Part shown: positions 44,401 through 54,269 of the stretch, piece by piece
Layout of the letters: each line of letters opens with the position of its first letter
Numbering within the stretch: position 1 is the first letter of the stretch
Source: Rebecca billardiae RCC1528
Taxonomy: Eukaryota > Protista > Haptophyta
Length of the DNA: 64,000 nt
Direction: 5' to 3'
Assembly (NCBI GenBank): GCA_965240325.2
Contig: OZ251239.1
Location: 744,001 to 808,000, forward strand
Notes under the pieces: model-generated
The model's input: the letters and a program-made list of their open reading frames with translations, nothing else
What the model was told of the DNA's origin: nothing
The model's database searches: none
Translations under genes and position numbers: made by a program

Positions 44401-45182
44401 CCAGCCTCGCCAATGCGCTGCGCGTGAACTGCTCGATCACGTCGCTGCGCCTCTGGGGCGACGACGAAGGCGTGCCCAGCCTCGCCAGCGCGCTGCTCGT
44501 GAACGGCTCGATCACGACGCTGGGCCTCCGCATGAATAACTTCGGCGACCACGACGTGCCCAGTCTCGCCGACGCTCTGCGCATAGACTGCTCGATCACG
44601 ACGCTGAGCCTCTGGGCCCAGAACATCGGCGACGAGGGCGTGTCCTCCAGCCTCGCCGACGCACTGCGCACGAACACCTCCATCACGACGCTGAATCTCG
44701 ACGAGAACTACATCGGCGAACAGGGCGTGTCCCACCTTGCCGACGCACTGCGAGTGAACTGCTCGATCACGACGCTGAATCTCGGCTGGAACAACATCGG
44801 TGACCAGGGCGTGTCCAGCCTCGCCGGCGCACTGCGCGTGAACTCCTCTATCACGGCGCTGAAGCTCGACTGCAACGACATCGGCGACCAGGGCGTGTCC
44901 AGCCTCGCCGACGCCCTGCACGTGAACTCCTCTATCACGACGCTGAATCTCGACTTCAACAACATCGGTGACCAGGGCATGTCCAGCCTCGCCGACGCCC
45001 TGCACGTGAACTCCTCTATCACGACGCTGAATCTCGACGAGAACTGCATCGGCGACGATGGCGTGTCCCGCCTTGTCGACGCGCTGCGCGTGAACAGCTC
45101 GATCACCACGTTGGACATCGTCAGCGGCAACAACATCGGCGACGAGGGCGAGGCCGCCCTCAAAGAGGCGCTGCTGCTGTAG
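41469..45182 (+). CDS. U-box + dynamin/Mx-family GTPase + helical stalk + 17 RI/NLRC3-type LRRs; intronless
   Basis: U-box DPVTYEIMRHPV..TGEVYD..AL...ISPLT. G1 PRIVVIGSTSVGKSTLLE, G2 LFPR..GVCTRVP, G3 LVDLPG, G4 VLTHCD. C-terminal SITTLxLxxNxIGDQGxSSLADALRVN repeats. Confidence 0.9.
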   Translation: MDRDDAHPLDFSAVFEDEQASGLVDPVTYEIMRHPVRATGTGEVYDDAALARYNNENDNVAAGISPLTGTQLGAIVAAEDKASQLAELRLRLHGSPKAAASAPAAATGGPGQADATQVRSIEDVAGIFRCLDEMRPVLGDMLAGWEPPRIVVIGSTSVGKSTLLERLAMMPLFPRQRGVCTRVPIHLRLRRCAPEDSHARLAVLNTATREEQPPDGRMIAIDSGWREVSQRMTEMLADAGARAVSGTHAIVLTVHHSSVPLIDLVDLPGVQSDTPASRELTEGIIRAHVGTRASDMYLLVTKWTTGCRTQDAGGLLFLDDETKTRTVGVLTHCDKVRDAEDREWLCSIIQREPEELVVEEHGIARLAPNGWVAVASAEPVSSPPAAQGQPQPTAGLQRLLGLRRSELAHFGSDDDLRRLVDEGSATCDALVQRLETMYLKVLEDEWLPDTLGRLREHTRERERQLLQLGLPVQPTDDEARAEVDRLLLQGYTQLVDACVLEVLEPLRSAARRAWPDTLVQMSASELGAVWRSREWLLRMLMHEALDDLLAHWTHGLRKLVYASSADETTPFRIARFGSYAELVVDCMRAVAVDAINKASAACDAILERTFDASDGAWLHAAFMDKCACVQLHFDSIGFADAVLASCVLPLPSLEVLQAAHRTATALGSERESCGAERTRLEEQCAQARAAGAELCVGVCRATLMPLCGALETTGAELLRRPSIKARIAPCDLERVLPGLVQVAKFNDSLTQLDLYALKLGDQGVSSLANALSVNGSITTLGLYFDDNIGDQGMSRLADALRVNCSITTLNLHSRNFGGQGMSSLADALRVNGSIKALELGGVNDDVGDQGMSSLADALRVNGSITTLCLPSSMNNMSTWNYIGDQGISRLADALHVNCSITTLNLHSWNLGEQGMSSLADALRVNGSITTLCLHSSMNNIGTRYYIGDQGMSRLADALHVNCSITTLDLLCIGAKGMSSLANALRVNCSITSLRLWGDDEGVPSLASALLVNGSITTLGLRMNNFGDHDVPSLADALRIDCSITTLSLWAQNIGDEGVSSSLADALRTNTSITTLNLDENYIGEQGVSHLADALRVNCSITTLNLGWNNIGDQGVSSLAGALRVNSSITALKLDCNDIGDQGVSSLADALHVNSSITTLNLDFNNIGDQGMSSLADALHVNSSITTLNLDENCIGDDGVSRLVDALRVNSSITTLDIVSGNNIGDEGEAALKEALLL

Positions 45183-45288
45183 CGCCACTATCAGCCCATG
45201 CACTACGTAAGGCCGACACGGCGATAGCTGGACAGGTCGCGCCGCCCGGGCCGGCGGCCGAGCCGACCGACCGTTACCGCCGTGACAA

Positions 45289-45890
<602 letters not shown>

Positions 45891-46767
45891 ACTGCTAAGA
45901 CACCGCCGGGATTCTAGCTGCTACTGTCGTCGCGGCTGACTGACGTGGCGGTCCGCCGAGGCGCAGTGCCCGCGGGACGCGGCGCGCGGCCCGACTACCG
46001 GAGTACAGGCCAAGCCCCGGCGAACTTCTCTGACTGACTCCTGGCCAGTGCACCGCGGCATCCATGCAACATCATGCCAGATTTGCTCCAAGATGGCCCC
46101 AACATTCTCGTCGGCCTCGCCGGCCGGGCCTAAAGACTCAGCGGGGGGCTCTGCCCCCCCGCGCCTGCGCGGCGGGCGGACCTAGCTTAGTATTCTAAGA
46201 AACGGAGACTCCTTAGGCGCTCGGGCTACCGATTAATAAATAACCGAACGGCTAAGAAACCGAGACTAGCCGTGAGATCTCTGACTTCTCATTGCCCGCG
46301 ATTGCCTGTAGAGATAGTCTGCTCAGAAATATTGACGATGCCCTTTCCGGAACTATGTGTCAGCAGTTGTGATTGCCGCCAGCAGCTGGTGGCTGGGGCA
46401 CGACTCGCCCACGAGCCCTCGCCACGACGGGGCCGCCGCCCGCTGGCGCTGAGTGTGGCCCAGATGATAGCCCCCGGTGTGTCCAGTTAGCCCGCCCGTA
46501 TGGCCACCTGTAGCTAAGCTAGTTTGTAGTACCCGGTCAGAAATGACGGGCCACCCGTGGACGCGTGGTACTGTAGTTTTCATCATACACTGATAACTAC
46601 TCGTGCGTTTGGCAATATGAAACATAGCGTATAGTCTCTAGAAACAGCTATTGTCCGTGAACCTATTGGGAGGTCCGAGGTTAGGCGGTCGGATAAGTGC
46701 GCGACAATTCTCGCCGTTATATTGAAGTCGTCAATGACTGTACAATCGGGGGTTGGAAGGGGCTCTG

Positions 46768-46776
<9 letters not shown>

Positions 46777-46854
<78 letters not shown>
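46777..46854. repeat. (GT)n microsatellite
   Basis: Perfect dinucleotide run preceded by a short (TA)n. Confidence 0.98.
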
Positions 46855-46856
<2 letters not shown>

Positions 46857-47214
46857 TGTAGTGTGTGTACTGCATGGTCCGGCCAGCTTGGTTCGGCCGG
46901 ACTTATTTGGCTTAATTATACGGGGCCAACGGCGGACGAGTAACGGAGCTGGCTACTGCCACTGGGGGGGGCGGTGGACCGGAGTCCGGAGCCGGAGCCG
47001 CTGCAACGCGCCAACGGGCCGACGAGGCGTCCGATGCGGGCTTATGAGTGCAGCAGACAGCACAAATATAGAGCCAGAGACTATGAGAGAGTGAGAGACA
47101 TCAGTCAAGAGAGCCGAGAGACGAATCGGCGTCCGCGCCTTCTAGGGCCTGTTGCAAATTGAATAAATACCAACAAATATGTGACGGCGACATCCCAGTG
47201 GGAATCCGCGTGAC

Positions 47215-47367
47215 GCCCGGTTGGATGCAGAGTGTTCTCTGCGAGGATGGCGTCTGGACCGCGGGGAACGCGATCGCTGCACCCCTGAGGTTGTCGTGAG
47301 TGCAGCAATCCACTTGCGCCAGGCTGGGGCGTGACCTACGTCGAGAACACTCTGCATCCAAGTGGGC
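47215..47367 (+). ncRNA. Candidate pre-miRNA / long fold-back RNA
   Basis: Perfect 19-bp inverted repeat 47221-47239 / 47343-47361 plus nested inner stems. G-U pairs favour the + strand. Confidence 0.45.
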
Positions 47368-49473
47368 ACCCCCTCATGTCCAAGCGGAAGCAGAAGCTCT
47401 CCGCGCGCGGTCGACGCGGCAAGAAAGCTCAGAAGGGCTGGAGCTCAAGATTCAGCGCATGCTGCAGCCCGCAAGACGCGTGAGGAGGCGGGCACGAGGC
47501 GCTACGCAAGTCCCGGTCGACCTCGATCTCATCGTCCGAGTCCTCAGCTCCAGCGCCGGCCTTCCGCTGGAGCTGCGCCGTCACGTCGTGCGACGTGCTA
47601 GTCGTTGAGCTCGCTGAAGATGGGGCGGGGCGCGCAGGGACCGGACATGTTGCGCGGGAGCGCGGCACGGCACGGTGCGCACGAGCACGGCCAGCGACAC
47701 ACCCACACGCGACCCGCCTGGTCGATGCGCAGGTTGTGGAAGCTCTTCCGGCTTGAGTGCGGGCGCGCTTCTCGTCGCGCGTCGCCGTGTCGATTGTGTT
47801 GTACCCCGGAAAGTCGCGGTGATCTCGGCGTAGGGTACCACCACACGATCGCGCGTCGTCGCGAGCTGCGCGCGCGTGCGGTTCATAATCAGCTCCGAGC
47901 CGCCCAGCTCCGTGTCCGTCTGCTTGGCCGTCCCCAGCCAGCGCGCGATCTCCTCGGTGAAGCTGATAATGCGGGGCGCCCTCCTCGAGCGCCGCCGAGG
48001 CCCGAGCGCATCAGCTCCGGGTTGACACTGGCTCGCAGAGCGCTTCCTGGACGACCAGCAGCGACGCGTGGCACTCATTGAGCCCGGTCACAACGGGGCC
48101 ATCCCAGCCGTGGATGACGCCGGCGGCAACTAGTCTGATGACAGTGAATCCTACGAGTACTATCTCATTTTCTTGCAGCAGTACTGTCCTGTTGAGCACC
48201 GTTCGGACACTGCGCCGTAAGCTACTACTGATCCTCGACGCTTACCTCTGGGCCCCGACACTGCTTTGGGGGCGTCTGGGGACTGATCGTGGCTGGCACC
48301 GAGGTGGTCAACTTCATCTACTTGGCTGGCGCACCTTCGACTCCTCCAATACCCAGTATCAGAAGTACCGCGAGCTCTCGTGGTGGCACTCCGAGGAGCG
48401 CTGCACCGCAAGGCGAGCGTAGACTGCAGATGGTGATTGCGAGCGCGCCCGCGGGCGAGACTACGCACAACTCGAGCACGATGGGGAAGGCGTTGAGGAA
48501 GATCCCGGGCGTTCTCTCGGCCGCAGACCAAAGCATGATTCTCGACCAGATGGCTGAGCGCGCCGACGCGCTCGATCACAACTCGTGTCGGCACTGCACG
48601 CGGACGGCGTCGACGAGTGTCGACCTGACTGCCGAGCGTGCCGTGACTGTATAGCATGCAGCGCGGCGCACACTCTGTCTAGAACCGTAGGCAAGCGTCG
48701 ACGCGCGTCGTCTGGTGCGACGCGCGCCTCCTGAGCGCCTCCCGTGGCCGCCGCCGCAGCGCGGCAGCGGCCATCATGAAAAAACAAATCGCTCGCCGAA
48801 ATTCCCCCCGATGTCGCGTTTGGTCTCACTTCAAAATGCAACAAGCCCTAGTGAGTTCCGCGACCAGGTCAGGCAGTGCGCCACCCTCGCGCAGATTGCT
48901 CCCCCCTAACCGGCTAACCGCGCGCTAATTAACGGCCTCAGGCCGCCCTAAGCCTACTCCCCAGAGTAAGAAGGCGGAGCGGCCGGCACGGGCCACCCGC
49001 CCACAGGCTCCGTACAGGGCCATCGGCGGAAGCCCGAGCCGACCCGCCCGTCGGCCCGTGCGGCGGGGCACTCGCGGCGCGGCGACGGCAGATGCCGCGT
49101 ATATGCTGCGCCAGACGAGGCCCACTACAGCCGCGCCTATGCACAGCCGCTGCCACTGCGCGCGCACAGTACTGCGCACTGCGGCACCGACCACCGACCG
49201 TGCATGACCGTCCCTCACGCCGTCCGGCGGCCACCGCCCGGACCGCGCGGCGGCCGACCGCCTACGGAGCCAGCAGTTTGAGGCGAGCATTATCACGCGC
49301 AGGACCGAGCGAGGTGGCAAGCCTGGCCATAGGAGGAGTGGCGCCTGGTTTGAGCTGCCAGCAGCCCATTGCGGGCCTTGGAGCGCGCGCACGGCACAGG
49401 TGCAGCCAACGATTCTGACTTGGCTCGACCTGCAGCCGGTGCCAGCCCGTCTGCGAGCGCCAGCAGCGCGGCG

Positions 49474-49803
49474 TCACTGGCGCTCGCGCTTGGCTTTCTT
49501 ACCCTTCCCTCTTTTTGGCCTCTCCATTGCGTCCAGCTCGTCCTCGCTATCGCCGCCGCCGCCGCCGCCTTCTTCGTTGAGCTCATGCCACCCGTCATTG
49601 TCGGCGGCGGCGATGCCGAGGGCTGCGCGCTCCTCGTCGACGCGCTCGGAGAGGTAGCTGTTCACCTGCTCCTTGAGGGCGTCGAGCACGTCCTCCACCG
49701 CGCCGACGGGACGTTCGGCGGCATTTTTCGACGCGTCCAGTGGTATGCTGACCTCGTGCAGCCGCTCGCCCCCAGAGGTGATGGTCGCGCTCACGGCCGC
49801 CAT
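49474..49803 (-). CDS. Small acidic protein (109 aa), Gon7/C14orf142-like
   Basis: Beta-hairpin-like N-terminus, amphipathic helix VLDALKEQVNSYLSERVDEE, acidic tract and RPKRGKGKK tail; coding-like codon usage. Confidence 0.6.
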   Translation of the reverse strand: MAAVSATITSGGERLHEVSIPLDASKNAAERPVGAVEDVLDALKEQVNSYLSERVDEERAALGIAAADNDGWHELNEEGGGGGGDSEDELDAMERPKRGKGKKAKRERQ

Positions 49804-49823
49804 CCTGCGTTCACGACTTATTT

Positions 49824-50825
49824 ATCCCCTTACCGCAGTTCACTTTGCTTCGTATGGAAGCAAAGTTGACGGCGCCCGCTGAGGGCGCCCTGCGGCCAGT
49901 CAGGGCGTCTTTGGGCGCTGAACGCCGCATGACACTGTGCAGGCATGGTCTAGCTACCCTCAGACAGCCGCCAGACTGGTCCCTCCAGCTACAATGCCTC
50001 CACGATGGCATCCCGCGGCAGCGCGCCGAGCTGCCGTACGGGCGTGCGTGTCGTGCCCGCCAGGCTGGCCGTGTGCCCGCGACACCCGGCTGCACGCCTT
50101 GCAGCTGCTTCAGGCAGGTAGGCGATCGGTCGAGATGGCTGTAGGCGGTGTACGTACTGCACGCGCTGGTCTGCGCGCGTTCACATGACTCGTCGCGCTG
50201 AACTCACTCACCTGCCAGTCGCGCGTGACACGCTTGGCGGCTTGCCGCACGCAGCAGCCGCAGGCCGCGCGCGCGGCGTGATTGCCGAGTGCAAGTCAGC
50301 CAGGAGCTCGGCGGGATGGGCGGTCATGTTTCTTCGTCTGTTTCGGTGTCGATCACATGCGCGACGCGCGCGCCCCGCTGCGCAAGTACACCCTCCTCAT
50401 TGCCGACGTCACACAGGAAGCCGCATGATGGATCTCGAGCTCGGAGAGCAGCGTCCGAGCACCACAGGCACTGACTGGCAGCCCGAGAGCCGACCGGCGG
50501 GTGACGTCCTTCACCCCGCCTGATGCGGTACCGCGTGCGGCACCATACCGCAGCGATACGAGCACCTCAGAGGCGAACTGAGCACCCCTCAAAACTTTGC
50601 TTCTGGGCGTGCTCGAACACTCGTTTGGCACTCCGTTTGGACGCCGTGGCACCGGAGAAGGGGGAGGGCGGCGGCGATGAGGCTCGGGTGGCCCACGAAC
50701 ATGCTCACAAAGATGCCTCTCAGCCATCGCGCGCCCTCTCGTGGCGTCCACCTGCCCGCCGAGCACGCACCCGCGGGGGCGAACCCATCTTTGCTTCGTA
50801 TAGAAGCAACCTGCGGTAAGGGGAT
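49824..50825. repeat. ~1-kb segment bounded by perfect 15-bp inverted repeats with sub-terminal hairpins
   Basis: ATCCCCTTACCGCAG (49824-49838) and CTGCGGTAAGGGGAT (50811-50825), each adjacent to a TTGCTTC-GTATR-GAAGCAA hairpin. Confidence 0.75.
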
Positions 50826-50914
50826 TGGGGATTATTTTGGGCCAGCGGCCCAGCGCCGCGCGCGCACACCCGCCATCGGCGGATTTGTGCCGCGCGGCAC
50901 GGCCCGCGCGGGGG

Positions 50915-52129
50915 ATGCGACCGCTGGGGGCGCCCGTGCGATGCGTGGGCGCGCTGCTGCTCGCGGCGTCGATCGGCGCGAAGCCCGGCGGCCACCACGA
51001 GCCGCTCTCCCTGCGCGACATCCACTTCATCGTCATGTCCTCCGAGGAGGTGATGGAGCGCGCGCTCTGGGTGAACCACACGTGGTGTTCGTACGAGCAG
51101 GCGAGCTGCGTCTTCGCGTCGCCGAGGCGGATCTGCTCGTCGATCTTCGGCGGGTGCCTGAAGACGATGCTCGTCTCGGGCCAGGCGCCGAAGAACTGCT
51201 GCCAGGAGCGCAGCTTCTTCTGCCTGGAGCACCGCGCGCAGACGCTGAACGCGCAGTACCGCTTCCTGCCGGCGCTGTACGAGTACACGCGCTCCGAGGC
51301 GTACGCGAGCGCGAAGTGGGTGGTGCTGGTGGACGACGACGCGTTCGTCTTCGTCGAGAACCTCCGGCGCCACCTCGAGCACTTCCCCACGCACGTGCCC
51401 CTGTACATGGGCGAGTTCCTCGAGGGGAGCGGCTGGTCGTTTGTGTGCGGCGGCGGCGGCTCCGTGCTGAGCCGCGCGGCGATGGACCGGATGAACCTGC
51501 ACCAGTGCATCAAGCAGGTGCACCCGAAGTGCATGCAGTCGGACTGGATGATCGCGGAGTGCGCGCACCGCGCCAAGGTGCGCTTCATCAAGGAGCACGG
51601 CTGCAACACGTGCTCGCACATCAACAAGCGGCGCGCGCACAACGTGATCCACACCCTGCTGCCCAGGTGCCACTTCATGCAGCAGGCGGCGCTGTTCCTG
51701 CCGTACATGGCGCCGCAGCTGAACGGGGTGCCCTCGATCATCCACGGCTTCCGCACCGAGGCGCACTTCCGCAAGGTGATGCAGTGGTTCCGCCACACGC
51801 ACCCGAGCAACGGCAGCTGGACGGCCGCGCCGGTCGCAAGGCCGCTGCCCGGCGGCCTGCTGCGGCTGCAGCCGGGGGCGGCGGGCGGGGAGGGCGGGGA
51901 GGGCGCGCGGCGCGACGAGCCGCTGCTCACCGTCATCAGCGACGAGGAGGACCGCCGGCGCGCGGGGGGCGGCGCCGCGGGCGCCCGAACTGGCGGCGGC
52001 GGAGCGGCGGCTGCGGCGGAGGAGGAGGACGACGATGACGATGAGGAGGACTCGGCGGAGGACTCGGGGCAGCACAACATCAACGCGCGCGATCAGGAGC
52101 AGTCCCTGCGCGAGAAGAGGCCGTGGTGA
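50915..52129 (+). CDS. Fringe/GT31-like beta-1,3-glycosyltransferase
   Basis: Signal anchor, KWVVLVDDDAFVFVENLRRHL, PLYMG, GGGGSVLSRAAM and SDWMIAEC motifs. Confidence 0.85.
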   Translation: MRPLGAPVRCVGALLLAASIGAKPGGHHEPLSLRDIHFIVMSSEEVMERALWVNHTWCSYEQASCVFASPRRICSSIFGGCLKTMLVSGQAPKNCCQERSFFCLEHRAQTLNAQYRFLPALYEYTRSEAYASAKWVVLVDDDAFVFVENLRRHLEHFPTHVPLYMGEFLEGSGWSFVCGGGGSVLSRAAMDRMNLHQCIKQVHPKCMQSDWMIAECAHRAKVRFIKEHGCNTCSHINKRRAHNVIHTLLPRCHFMQQAALFLPYMAPQLNGVPSIIHGFRTEAHFRKVMQWFRHTHPSNGSWTAAPVARPLPGGLLRLQPGAAGGEGGEGARRDEPLLTVISDEEDRRRAGGGAAGARTGGGGAAAAAEEEDDDDDEEDSAEDSGQHNINARDQEQSLREKRPW

Positions 52130-52512
52130 CGGCGGCCTCGCGCGCGCGCGCCGGCGCGGGGAGCGCCCCGCCCGCAGGCCACCGTCGGGGAACACTCTGA
52201 CCGTCGCCGTACTTGTAGCGTACAGTATTACTTCAAAGAACAGTACAGTACGGACTACTTACCATGTACAGTCAAATACGGTGCTATTGAAGCTACGGTA
52301 CGTACGTACGATGCAGCAGGCGGTAGTGCCGGAAGCACGGGCAAGGTTCAAGGTCCGGGGCGAATACGAACGGCTACGCGAGGCGCATGCTCGGGTCTGC
52401 TCGGGCGCTTGCACCGGTGGCACAAGAAGCTGGCCTGCTCGAAAGGGTCGTCGCGCGTGGGGAGTGCGGGCCAAGCGCGGCCATCATCTCGGCAGGCGCG
52501 GTGCGGCGCGGC

Positions 52513-54227
52513 ATGGTGCCCCGCTACGGCAGCCGCGGCGCCCCGCCAGCTCTCAACTCGCCCATGCCCACGCCGCACGCCGCGGCGGGCGCCCCCCCGA
52601 GCGCCGTGTCTGTCGTCGCGCGCGTGAAGCCCGTGCTCGCGCGCGACGGCCCGCACTCGGGCGGCCGCGCGGTCACGTGCCTGCCGGACCGGCGGAGCGT
52701 GGAGGTGAGCACGCCGCTGAGCGGCTCGCGCACGTTCACCTTCGAGGCCGCCTTCGACGGCGACGTCACGCAGGAGCGCTTCTTCGCCGAGTCGGGCGTG
52801 CCCGAGCTCATTGACTCGGCGCTCTGCGGCTACGCTGCGACCGTGTTTGCGTTCGGGCAGACGGGCGCGGGGAAGACGTACACGATCTCGGGGACGGACG
52901 GGGCGATGTTCGCCTCGGCCTCGCGCGCCGGCCGCCGCCCGCCCGCGCACTCGCCGCGCGCCCCCGGCCTCGTGCACATGAGCGCGCACTACCTCTACGA
53001 CCGGATCACCGAGCTGAGCGAGGGCGGCAGCTTCACGGTGCGCGCGACGTACCTCGAGGTGTACAACGAGCAGGTGGCCGACCTGATCTCGCCGTCGGGC
53101 CGCCCGCTCGCCGTGCGCTGGTCCCCCGGCGGCGGCTTCTACGTCGAGGACCTCTCCGTCGTCAAGTGCCGCGGGCTGAAGGACCTGCTGTACGTGATCG
53201 AGAAGGGTCTGCACTCGCGGCAGGTGCGCTGCCACCGGCTCAACTCGGAGTCGTCGCGCTCGCACTCGATGCTGACGATCTACGTGGACTCGGCGCCGAG
53301 GGGCGGCGGCGGCGCGGACGGGGAGCACGCGCCGCCCACGCCGGGCGGCGGCGCGGCGCGCGGCGCGCGCAAGCGGTACGGCAAGATCTCGCTGCTCGAT
53401 CTCGCCGGCTCGGAGAACCTTCGGTCGACGGGCTCGCAGGGGGCGGGCGTGCGCGAGGCGGGCTCGATCAACAAGTCGCTGTTCACGCTGGGGCAGGTGA
53501 TCAAGGCGCTCTCCAAGGCGGGCGCGGAGGCCGCCGCCGCCGCCGCCTCGCCCGCCAGCCCGCGCCACGTGCCCATCCGAGACTCGGTGCTCACAAAGCT
53601 GCTCTCAGATTCGCTCGGCGGCTCGTCGCATGCGCTGATGGTGGCGTGCTGCTCGCCGCACGCGCGCGCCGCGGGCGAGACGCTGCGCGTGCTGCAGTAC
53701 GCGAGCTCGGCGATGGGCATCCGCACGCAGCCGGCCGTGCGGCACAACCCGCGCGAGCAGGTGATCAACCAGCTCCGCCTCGAGGTCGACGAGTTGCGGC
53801 GCGAGGTGCAGATGCTACGCCAGTCAGTGCTCACGTCGTCGTCGTCCGCGCCGCCCTCGCAGCAGTCGCCTTCGCCCTCGCCCTCGCCGCTCGGCGGGAG
53901 CGTGGCGGAGCAGCCCGGCGCGGCGGGGCAGGGCACGCCCGTCGGCGCGGCGGAGGCCGCCGTCGCGCGCCTCGGCGCGCGCGCGAGCGCCGCCTTCGAC
54001 TGGCTGCGCGCCGGAGCGAGCGCCAGCCCGGCCGACGACGAGCGCGGCGCCGCGCGGCGCTGGCCCGCGGCCGAGCTCGCGCCGCCTCGCGCGAACGGCG
54101 GCGGCGGGTACGGCGGCGGGCGCGGTGTTGACGAGGGCGTGCCGCTCCGGCGCTCCAACTCGCAGGGCGCGATCGACGAGCGCGAGCGCCGAGCGCACGA
54201 GCGCCGCAGCGCCGACTCGGCGGCCGA

Positions 54228-54269
<42 letters not shown>

